Source: Candidatus Omnitrophota bacterium
Lineage (GTDB): Bacteria; Omnitrophota; Gorgyraeia; Duberdicusellales; 4484-171
Reading direction: 5' to 3'
DNA length: 64,000 bases
Assembly: GCA_037146775.1 (NCBI GenBank)
Contig: JBAWWL010000001.1
Location: 5,464 to 69,463, forward strand
Under the pieces are notes generated by a model. The model had not been told where the DNA came from, ran no database searches, and saw only the letters and a list, made by a program, of their open reading frames with translations. The stretch's first letter is position 1; each line of letters starts with the position of its first letter. Below, in pieces: positions 30,001-42,000 of the stretch. A program made the position numbers and the translations under genes.

Positions 30001-33000
30001 TATATAAACAGGCTGGTGTAGAAAATCTGAAGGTTATTACTCAAAGACTTTTAGCCCAAACAGCTTCTTCGGTTATTTCATCCGGCATTCATGTTGTGAG
30101 CAGTCCATTAAAAGAACGTGTGGTAGCTTTAGCTAAAACATTACAGCAGGTAAAGGCAGGATTGGATAGGAGTCATTATGTATTTGGTGCAGCTAGCTTA
30201 ACATTGGGTGTGGTTGGTATATTCGGAGCTCCTTGGATTGCCCCGTTTTTATTGCAAGTTTCCACACAATCACTTCTGGCTTTAACCGCCCTTGGCGGAT
30301 CGGGTGCCTATGTATTATTTGTTAGGCCGCGTTTACGTAAACGTAATGAACAAGAAATCCATTCGCGGCCAAAACAAAGAAAGCGTGACAGAAGAAAAGG
30401 AGATATTAACCGCAGGCAGTTTCTTGGTACATCATTGGTTCCTTTAGCTGGCTCGGTAGTTATGCCTTCTTTGGCAGCGTGGGGTTTACGTAGTTATTAT
30501 GAACATAAAGGTATGTTAAGCGCTTCCGAACGCGCGCATTATTTAAATATTGCAAAACGCATACAGCCGTTAGCAGAAGAGCTTTCGGGAGAATTATTTG
30601 CGCAGGATGAATCTCTTAGTCGTTCTTGCGATACGATGTGGCGCGATTTTAATTTACGTCTTAGCCGCTCAGACGGAAGAGTTGTTGTGACGGGAATGGC
30701 AATTATGTCCGCTTGCATCACGAATACCGATACTGCGGAATTGTATTTTTGTGCCAATCTCGATGCTTGGGATGCTTTATTTAGTCTTGGCAGGACTGAG
30801 CGCGAAGCATACCTTACCAAAGCATTCCTTAAGAGCTTACTTTTAAAAGAATTAGTTCATTTTTATGATTTTCGTACGCACCCTAACATTAATCGATTAT
30901 TAGATGTACAGTCTGAAGAGTACAAAAGGAATGAAAAGCTTTATAAAGATGGACAGATAGCCAAAAGAGTACTTTTAGAAAATGCAAGAAAGTTCGTTGC
31001 TTCTCAGATTTTTATCGAAGCCCGTGGCTTTGAAAAACAACTTATGTATCAGGAACAAAATGGGACTACGGCGGATGAGCTTTTAGTTTTAAGCCGCGTT
31101 CGTACCCCCGCTAATCCTACAACCTATAAAGAGCTTGCTCAGATAGTGCTCTATGAGGCTGCAGGCCGGTTGAAGAATGAGAGTCCGAATACCGCAACAG
31201 GCAGAAGTAATTTACGCCGTCATTTCTTATTGAATTTAATCAATCCGGATTTAGCAAAGACAAAAGAAACGGAACTTATATCAAGGGCGGCTAGATATGC
31301 TTTTGGGGCAGAAGAAGAAACTTATAAGTCTGAAAATTTTGCCCAATGGCTCAGTGACATAAGTTACTATCAGGAATTTTATGATCTTCTGGAAATAAGC
31401 CGTTCAGAAACTGGTTCATCTTCTTCATCCGTCAAAAATCAAGAATACGCTTCTGTTTATCGCACCAAAGATTCTTATTATCCGCCGAACATAGGACAAG
31501 TAAAACGTGATCTTATGGGGGCGTATCCTTGTGCGAGCGCATATTTTTCTTTGGCTATAAGCGATAAAGAACTTAATATAAACGAACTTATGACTGTTGT
31601 CAGCCAAAATACTGAATCAAGCGATGCGAGTAGAGGTTTTGCGTCAAGTGCGATAGCATTCCGTGTTTCAAGTCCAATTGTTAATTATTCTTATTGGGAG
31701 TTAAAAGATGGAAAAATAGAATTAAAGCGTAGGAGAGTAAATCTTGATTTAGTTCCAGTAAATGGAGCCATAGTTAAGGTACTACTATGTGGTATTTGTC
31801 GCGCAGACACTAAAGAAGTGATTTGCGCCAGAATGCTTGTACGAGGGCCTTTGTTCGGACATGAACTCGTTGGTGAAGTTGTCGCAACTGGAGTAAAGAG
31901 CAATTTAGAAAAAGGTGACAAAGTTGTTTTTAACCCCAATATAACTGCAGAACGTACCCCAGGTTTTGCAGAGTATCTAATTGTTTACGATGCTGCCGAC
32001 GAGGCTCTTATTAAGGTTCCTGCTAGAATTGATTCAGATGTTGCAGTTTATGCGGAACCGTTTTCTTGCATTGTGCATAGTGTTGATAGGTTACAAAAGC
32101 TTTTAGGGTTAAAAAGCTTTACCGGAAAAAAAGTAGCAATTATTGGCGCAGGCAATGCCGGGTTATCTCATGCCTGGTTAATAAGACATAATAGAGGTGA
32201 TGTTACTTTATTTAATATTGCTGATGGACGTCTAGAATTTATAAAAGAAAGAGGCCTTTTTGATGGAAAAAAATGTTTACTTCTAGACGAAGCAGAAAAA
32301 TATCGAAATAGGTTCGATCTGGCAATATTAACTACCACAACAGTTAAGTTGAGAGGTCGGAACCCAGATAAGATTTTAGATATTGCCTGGAACTTGGTAA
32401 AACCTACCGGCTATATTCATCTTTATGGAGGAACTAGGCAGGGAGATGTGTTTAGGGGTGCAGATTTAGACTATGTAAGAAGAGAAAAGGCAGATAGCGT
32501 TACGGTGAAAGATGGTCGTAGGAAGGTTAGCTTTACTGGCGCATATGGCACTAAAACAGCTGATTTTATAAAAACATTTAGACTTTTCCAGCAAGAATAT
32601 TTCGCTTCATCGGTTAAGAAGGTATTTTCAGAGGAAATCAGCTTTTCACAATTAAGAGCTACTATGGCTAGAATCGTGAGGTTGATGGAAAAGATTGATT
32701 ATGGAAAAGAAATAGCAGATATTCCGGGGAAAGTAATTATTAGAGTCTCAAGCGCAATAGAGGAAAAGGAACATTTGGATTCTTATTTGTTTTATGCCGA
32801 ACTGTATCGTAAAAATATAAGAAAAGTATCCAGTTGCGTGTATAATATTCTTACCGGAATTCTTCCTAATCGGTTGCGGCAGGGCCAGGGTTGGCCTACC
32901 TTTCCGTGGCTGGCGGAGGCCGGCTTCCCTGCCGTAGCCGTTTATATTTGCGATAGTCCTGTTTTTGCCCCGCACAGTAAATTTATTTCTTTTGTATCAT

Positions 33001-36000
33001 CACCGGCTTCAGACAATAATCCTCTCGCCAATGTGACGAGTATCGCCCGTTCCCCGTATAGCCTTGGTGCAACCCTTAGGGTAATGGCAGATTGGCTTAT
33101 TGTGCATCAAGAGCGCCGGCAGCACCCCCACCTGAGATTTATCCAAACTTATCCGGCTGCTTTAACTTATGGGCGTTACTATACAGATAAGCAGTATTAT
33201 TTTGCTAAAGATATTAGTAATTTTAGCCCACATACTGGGTTGTCTTGGGTTTCGGTAGGTATGGATTTAGTATTTGAAAGGCTCAGACAGCGGCTTTCAC
33301 GGCCCGATGATGCGGCAATATTTACTACATATCTTGGCCGTGAAGCTTGGGGCCTTGGATGTGGCATGGTATTGGCCGATGAGCATGGAGAAGATTTTTC
33401 AGATAGGCTCAAACAAGCTTTGGGTAAAGATTTATTGGAAGCCTTGGATTTTCGTATGTTAGATATTATGCGCACGCATAAATTATCTGCCCCGCAGGCA
33501 ATCATATATTTTTTACAGCATTTGCCCCAATATCATGAGATTGCTGACCCACTGTCAAATGCCGCAGATATCTTAACCGAATTAGCCGTCGAAGCATTGG
33601 TTGGGGAATTTCTTGAAGAAAAAGAACAAGCAGGATTGATTTACTGGTTTGTACAGGAAGGCTTGGTCAATCCGCATTTAGCAACCCTTTCAAGTGTCCG
33701 TCAAAAAGCTTATCTTATTGGCCAGGCTAGCGATGCGGCGATATTAACCAATGAATTACGCGAGTCATCTATGTGGCGCTTTTCGTTTTTACTTAACGGC
33801 AATCTTAGATATCTTTCTTCGCACCGCTTTGAAAGAATTTTTTCGTTCTTTATGCTCTATGCAATTCTAACCTACCTTACTTCTGGGGGTAGGAGTGGTT
33901 TTAATCCAGAAACAGGCGCTATCCTTGCCATAATGCGTCATGTGTCGTTACCTAACCAGTTATTTGACGGTATTTTGCAAATGCTTCTTGAGCCAGTCAG
34001 GCAACGGGCGGCTGCCATTACACGTTCTGTAGAAAAACTACAATTTACGCTACCCGATCCGGAAGGAGCGCTAGAACGTTTTAGCCAACAAGTAAGTTCC
34101 TATGGTATATATTTAAGCGCCGAAGTCTTAAAGGACATATTCGAAAATATTTTTTATAAAATACACCCTGATTACTTTTTCAAAGATGATATTACAGCAG
34201 TGCGTTGGGCGCTGACGGCGAGTGATTTTTCGCTCTGTCCGGATTCCCAGATAAAGCTTATGATGGCGTATTACAACGTAATTTTAAGCCAACGTGCAAG
34301 TAAAACCAGTTCACCCGTACCCTTATTGCAAAATCAACAATCTATGCGGCGTATACTTTGCGTTGGCGATAGTATTACGCGCGGGATCGCGCACTCAAGC
34401 CACAAAGAAGGATATCGCGAGCGATTGAGCGAATTATTCCATGAACGCGGTATTTGCGTTGATTTTGTCGGTCCATTCCTTGAGCCAAATCTAAATGCGC
34501 ATCGTCATCTTGGCTGGGATGGTCTTAAAACTTGGGATGAACCTGCTCCGATGTGCATCTTTCGTCTCATTAAGCAGTATTTAAGCGATTCGGCGCCGAC
34601 TGCCATACTTTTACACGCCGGCACCAATGATATTTCCCACTATCCCCGGTCTGCAGAGGTTTACGCGCGCAATGTGATAGAAATGGTTAATTTTATCGAA
34701 CGGCATAATTCCGATACAGAGATATATATTGCTTTGATCATACCGCGCGGGGAAGAAGCCGGTACGGAATGGTATGAAGCGACGAAAATCTATAATGATT
34801 TTCTGCGACAAAAGATTCGCAGTTATCTCAGTCCCTTAACTGGGCAGCCCAAGTCGAATCTTTATCTGGTTGATATGTATAGTGCGTTTACAGCCAATTC
34901 TCAGTGGCGTAATGACTATATGGCTGATCCTTGGCATCCTAATGATAGGGGCTATGAAGTAATGGCAGAGGCTTGGTTTAGAGCGCTTACTGACCCGCGG
35001 GCCGCAATAGTTACAAATTTATTAAGTGATTTTCATTTCCACTCATTATCGTTAGATTCATCCGATCGTCGCATTGAGCGGCTCCGTGTCATTAATTCGC
35101 TGAGTTTGTTATACACACTTTTTGCGCAAGCAAGCCTTCTTGAGGGACATACCGTTATTCATCTTGCTGCAGGATTAGAATTCTTAATGTCTGCTTTTGC
35201 TCCTACTATTATTGTCGATATCGACCCGCTTTATGAAATTGAGCCTCGTAGCCATTGTTTTAGAGATAAATATGTTCCTATGTTTTTAAATAGAGAATTT
35301 TTGCAGAGTGTTAGCTGGAAAGAATTAACCTGCGTGTCCGGCAATATGTTTAATTCTGATACAATACGGAAAGTTAAAGCAGCGATTAAGACAGAAAAAA
35401 TAACAGTTCTTATGAAGGGAGAAGGCTGGCCGGGCTGGGGTATAAATTTAGAAAATCAAGAATGGCGAGAAGCATATTATGGATTTTTAGATATGATTAT
35501 AGAGATTTTAGTGCCGGATCAGTTTATATTCCTACGGCATGAACACTGTCAAATGCCATCGGATTATTTAACCGCAACTAGAGGATACAGAAGAGTTCAT
35601 GATTGGCTATTGCCAGAACATAGGCAAAGTCTTACGCTAGCCTTTGAGAAGATGTGCCAAGGTAATGTTTCTGTTGATTTCGGCCAATGTTTTGGCTTTA
35701 AAGAAATTGCCTTTGCTACTGAGGCGCTTATTTTACAGCGTTGTGCCTCCAGCCCTTCGATTCGTTTCGTTCACTTCCGCCTACGCCAAGGCTTCGGCGG
35801 GCAGGCAGGACGTCAGCACAATAGTGCCTCCAGCCCCCTTGACACAAATAATGCAGGCCAATCCAGCATGGTTCAATTACCGGAAGTAATGGTACGGTTA
35901 GCCAGGCATCAAGGTGAATATGAAGTAGTTTCGCCACAACCACAAGCTTTGGTTGCTAATGATCAGCTAAGAGGCCGTCTAGATAACCTTTTAGGGTTGC

Positions 36001-39000
36001 TTACAACCTATATGCCGAGCGGCCCTCCTTTGACCATAGTAATGACCACTAGCCTTTCTGTTGTAGACCACACCCGTACCGCTCATTTTCTTGATGCCGC
36101 CTTAGCAGAGATTGATCCCGGAAGGAGAACGATTGCTCTGCACCACTCATTCTTTGATTTTCCTATTATCTTCCAGGCTGATATCTTACGTATTCGTTTT
36201 GGATATTTAAACGGTTTATCGGAACCAGAAGTATATCAGGATAGCCTCGCTCATTTTGGAACATACCGAAAACCAGACGCGCAAGAAAAAGACGAATTAA
36301 CTCAATTTTTAGAAGAAGCCGAAAGTATGGGTTTTGCATTGCCCGTTCTTTATCGGGAGGCGCTTAGACAATTACAGCGGCTTCATTTTAGTGAGCTTGA
36401 CCGTCATCTTTTTATTGGTGAAGGAAATCATTTCCAGGCTTATGAGAAGCTTGGCGCTCACCTTATCGCTGCAAACGAGAGAAATCTCGGTACTTATGTT
36501 GCGGTGTGGGCGCCGCACGCCCAGTTAGTTTCTGTTATAGGTGATTTTAATAATTGGGGTAGTGTGTATGCGCATCAGCTATCCAACCATTTAGGAATTT
36601 GGCACGGGTTTATCCCGGTTTTAAATAAGGATAGGCGCTATAAATATCGAATTTTAGGTCGAGACGGTATAGTGCGTGATAAGGCCGATCCCTACGCATT
36701 CTTCAATGAGCATCCCAGCCAGGGGCACGAAAATTCTACTGCATCGCTCGTTTGGGATCTGCACTACCAATGGAATGACCAGGAATGGATGAAACAGCGG
36801 GCTTCAAAACAGGCATTAGATAAACCTATTGCTATTTATGAAGTTCATCTGGGTTCATGGAAGCGTAGCGCGCATAATTGGCCGCTGGATTATCGAGAAT
36901 TTGCCCGGCAGTTGGCGGAATACGTGAAAGAGAATGGTTTTACCCATGTCGAGTTACTACCCATAACCGAGCATACTTTCGAAGGCTCTTGGGGTTATCA
37001 GGTAGGCAATTACTTTGCTCCGACCTCACGCTTTGGCACGCCTCAGGATTTAATGTATTTGGTTGATTATTTACACCAGCAAGGTATTGGGGTTATCCTT
37101 GATTTTGTGCCCGCACATTTTCCCAAAGACGCTCATGGTTTGAGCCGTTTTGACGGAACAGAAATCTATGGTCATCTTGACCCTGCCCAGGGAGAACACC
37201 CTCACTGGGGAACCTATATATTTAATTACGGCCGGCATGAAGTACAAAGTTTTCTTATCAGTTGCGCTTTATTCTGGCTCGAAAAATATCACATTGATGG
37301 TCTGCGTTTTGACGCGGTCGCCTCGATGCTTTATCTTGATTACGGTAGAGAGGGGAGACCTTGGGTACCAAATAAGTATGGCGGAAGAGAAAATCTTGAA
37401 GCAATTGAGCTATTAAAGAAAGTAAATACCATAGCTCACGCTCAAAAGCCGGGAGTTTTAACTATTGCCGAAGAATCAACCGCTTGGCCCGCAGTATCGC
37501 ACCCGGTGCATTCAGGTGGGCTAGGCTTTTCTCTGAAGTGGAATATGGGCTGGATGCACGATACGCTGAAATATTTAGCAAGAGATCCTATCTACCGGAG
37601 CCATCATTTTGGGGAGTTAACTTTTATTTTTGAGTATGCTTTCTCTGAAAATTTTGTATTGGCTTTGTCTCATGATGAGGTTGTACACCTGAAGCGCTCG
37701 TTATTAGAAAAGATGCCAGGCGACCAATGGCAAAAATTCGCTAATCTTAGGCTTCTTTATGCCATACTGTATGGTTTTCCCGGCAAAAAATTAATCTTTA
37801 TGGGAGGAGAATTTGGGCAAGCTAGCGAATGGAACCACGATACGAGTTTAGGGTGGGGTCTTTTAAATCTGCCTTTACATAGCGGGTTACAGAAATTATT
37901 TTGTGACCTCAACAGGCTTTATCGCGGTGAACCTTGTTTGTATGAGCTTGATTTTAATCCGCAAGGCGCACAAGTAGTTCACTTTGATAGTACAAACACT
38001 GTTCTTGGTGTCGTTCGTAGAGGCATAAATTCCAACGAAAAGCTAATATGGGTTTATAACTTTACTCCAGTGGTTCGCCATGGCTATCGTATAGGCGTGT
38101 CTTGGCCAGGAAAATGGGAAGAGGTGTTGAATAGTGATGCTAAAATTTACGGTGGCTCAGGGGTTGGTAATTTAGGTGGTTTATATGCCGAAAACATTGC
38201 TTTTGGCGGTAAGCCTCATTCTATACAAATAGTACTTCCGCCATTGGGGGCAGTGGTACTTAAGGGTAAGCGTAACCAGGCGTCTTCAGCAGTAGAAAAT
38301 ACAGTTAGTTTCGCTCGTTCCCGCCTACGCCAAAGCTTCGGTGGGCAGGCAGGACGTCAATGTGATAGCGTCTCAAGCCCCGGGAGAATGTTAAATGTTG
38401 GCGGAAAACAATTTCAAGTTACTCCCAAGTTAATAGCTGATCTCACTTGGCAGTCAGGGCATAACAATCTTATTGCAATCAAGCCCGCTGGGGATTTTAT
38501 TTTAAATCACCTTAGGGCTTGGTCAAATTTATTTATACTGCCTAATAATTGTCTGCCCATGAAAGGTATTTTAAGAGGTGTTAATATCGGCTGTGGCGAT
38601 TCTCAATTTTCAAGGATAATTGATCAGACTTTCCCCATCGTAGAAGAATTTATTGATGTTGATTTGGCAGAATTTCCTTATGGTAATTGTCGGTACAGCC
38701 ATTCTGTAGTAGCTGATGCTGAGAATCTCCCTCGAGACATGTTTCCCGACTCTTCCTATGATTTTACTATTCGTTCTTTTGTTTCAAATTATTTAGAGAG
38801 TCAGGAGCGAGGCGTACGTGAAGCATTAAGAATTCTACATCCGAATGGCCGTGCCTTTGAGATATTACACCATCAACAATCAGGCTATTTCCATGCAGAG
38901 CGTGTATATCAAGAGCAAGCTCAAGATCAATGGCCTTATCTTCGTACGGTTGATGATGTAATAAAAATTCTTTATTGGCTGAGAGAAATTTATTGGGCAT

Positions 39001-42000
39001 ATAATGAGCATAGGCTTGATGTTTTGGATATCGAAAAAATGAGTCCTGACTTACGCCAAAGATTAATTAACCCCGGAGTTATAGAACAATGTTTAAATGT
39101 TGTCCAAAGGCAGGAAGCGTATGTAAAGAGCGGCGCACATTATGCTGTTTCCATGAGCTATACCGCTATGAGAGAGCTGCTACAATTTCTTCTTCTGTGG
39201 CAAAGCAAGAACAAAGTGTTTAAAGATAAAGATGAACTTGAAGCTTTCTTTGAATCTTTGGGCTTTAAGATTGTGGTGCGTGCCGAGGTAATTCAAGATA
39301 TCGAGGTAAAAATCCCCAGCATCAGAGATATTTTAGTTGGAAATAGCCAAGTTATTAAAACCGTTATTGACCCTTGTGTCGCCTTTGGTATTGTGCTTGA
39401 AAAACCGGAAGACATTTATGGATTTCCAGAAATGTCTCGAGGCATGGATAACTCGGGTTTTCAAAGTTCAAGTGCGGTTGTTAATACAGAATTAGAATTG
39501 GTCAACCAGGAAGTATTGGCGGCAAGAGCCTCGATGAACGGGCTTTTTGGTATGCGGTTTGATAATGATACTTTAATGGAGTCTTTGATAATGCATTCTG
39601 GAGCTATTAACCAAGCAGATCATGCTATGGTTGCTCTTAAGTTATTTAAGAACTGTGATGGTACGCCGTTTCTTTTAAACGGCCATTTCTATATAACTGT
39701 TCCCGTTAACAATATAACAACAGTACGGCAACTTACCGCAGAGGAATTATTGCAAATGGGTCTTACGCCGGTATTTGGTGGAGATGGTCAGCAAGTGCAC
39801 GTATTGGCAAAACAACCGTTTATTCCGCTCAATCCTTTCAGACATAGCCGGAATTATTACATAGAAAATATCTATACAACTACAGTGATATCAAAATATG
39901 GAGAACATACCCATACTTATTTTGGCTGGCTAAATGAAGATGAGCTATCTGAGCGTCTTTGGCTAAATAGTTTGCAAGAATATACGATATTGTATGGCGA
40001 TTGTTTAAATTGCAAAGGCGCTGGGGTAATGAATTTGGGCAATGGCTTTGCTCGCACTACAACACATACCTACCATTCTAGACAAGAATTTGAAGAAGCT
40101 TTATCGGCTGCCGTTATCGATCTTTATACCACGGATGTAATTCAATATGAAGATGCCATAATGGCCCTAGAAGAAATTGCCGGGTTCTCTCATGGGATAG
40201 CCAAAGATTTAATTGACTGTTTCTGTCGTGGCGAAAATACGATCGGTTATTTACGTTCTATCGTGGATGTAGCGCGTAACGAGGCGGTAGTTATGAACGT
40301 TTTTAGCAGCAAGGACATTACTGTCAGTATTCGCAGAACAAAAGCGTGCGAGTTCCAGATAGTTAGAAGTATAAATATTCAAGGTTTGCAAGATTGTTCC
40401 GGAGTATTATTGGACATAGAGCATCAAGCTTGGGCATTGCATATGCCAAGGGGTTTAGCTGGCACCAGTGATGGATTCCGTAACCAACCGCGTATTTTAG
40501 CCGGTGGGACGCGAATTAATTCTTTGAATATTCTTTCTTCAAGGTTGCAACCAACAAATTTATGCCCTTATAGTACGTTAGGCCAGGTTTGGAGAGTGCA
40601 GCTTGGCGTTCTGGGTAGGACCTATCCTATAAGCGCTTTTCGTAATACGTCCGATGGCCGTTATAAAAATATGATACCCATACCAACACACTTAAAAGAG
40701 CGAGAACACGCTTTTAATTTTGCTTATAATAACGGCCATAATTTGCGAGTGTGTTTGCTTATTGGTTTAGTCGAATCGGATTATTCTCTTTCCAGGGAAA
40801 AAGATTTGCCCGAAGACGGCACCGCTACCGATTTTGATGAAAAAGTCGATATAGGTGAATGGTATTTGCGCAGTAATGAAAATGAGTTTCCTGGGTATCG
40901 TGATGAAGAGCTTGGTCGTTTAGTTGAAGTGCGAGCTACTTTAGTTACTATCAACACATTATTTCAGATGTTTCATCGTGATATACACCAGGGTAATATT
41001 CCGCTTTTAGGTTTAATGAGCGAAGATGGTCTTAATGATAGATTATTCCAACAGTTTTTATACGGCCTTTTTATGGATAACCAAGCCGTTATGCATGAGG
41101 TTATAGAGGCCATAAGACAGCGCCGGACAAATTTAATGGCTGTAAGCCGCGCCATAAATTTTATGCCGGATATCGAAATAGCTAAGATAATTCTTGCGCA
41201 CTGGAATATATTCCGGCAAAACAAAAGCTTTGAAGATTTGCGCGGAACTCCTGTTGAGAATAACCGCGCACAGTTACTTAGAGACAATCTTGTTTTTATT
41301 GTAAGCAAACAACACGATACAGCAAGACAGGTTTTAGTTGCCATAGAAAGCGCTGATTTTGTAAAGGCAGAAGCTTTGCTTAGATCTATCAGCCAGCATA
41401 CCTTGCTTATTCCTTTCATTTCTTTGGTTATGGAGTATTCACGAGTGCATACAGGGCGGATGGTTTTACCTGCTGCCCGTGCAGTCAGTGTTCTTTTTAT
41501 TCGTGTCATAGCAGCTTTAGATGATCACCAGCCGCAGTTAGCACATCAAATTTTTGGTAATAATGTAGCTTTTATGCACGCAGCAAGAATTTATCATGAT
41601 GCAATAGCGCATTTTTCCCGCGGTCGCCTGCGGGCTGCCTGGTGGAACGTGCATGAACTAAGATATCTGAAAGATAGTCAAGCCAAAACAACGTCACTAC
41701 TTTCTTACGGTATTAAGGTATTAATAAGGGAATTAGAAAATAAACTAAGCAATATAAGCTCATCGTCTTTAGGGGAAACACTAATTCACACCAGTTATTC
41801 TATTCAGCCCAGGTTAGTCGATTTGTTTGGCGTAAAATCTATACGTTCGGTTTTTGATTTTGCCGCCGGCGATGGTAGCTGGAAACGCAAATTGATTCAT
41901 AATCCGCCACTCTGGTTGGCTGATGAAGCCAATATTATTCCTTGTGAACAAGAAACGCCGAAAGATTGCGGTTTTGGGCCCAAAGTGAATCCGGAAGTTG

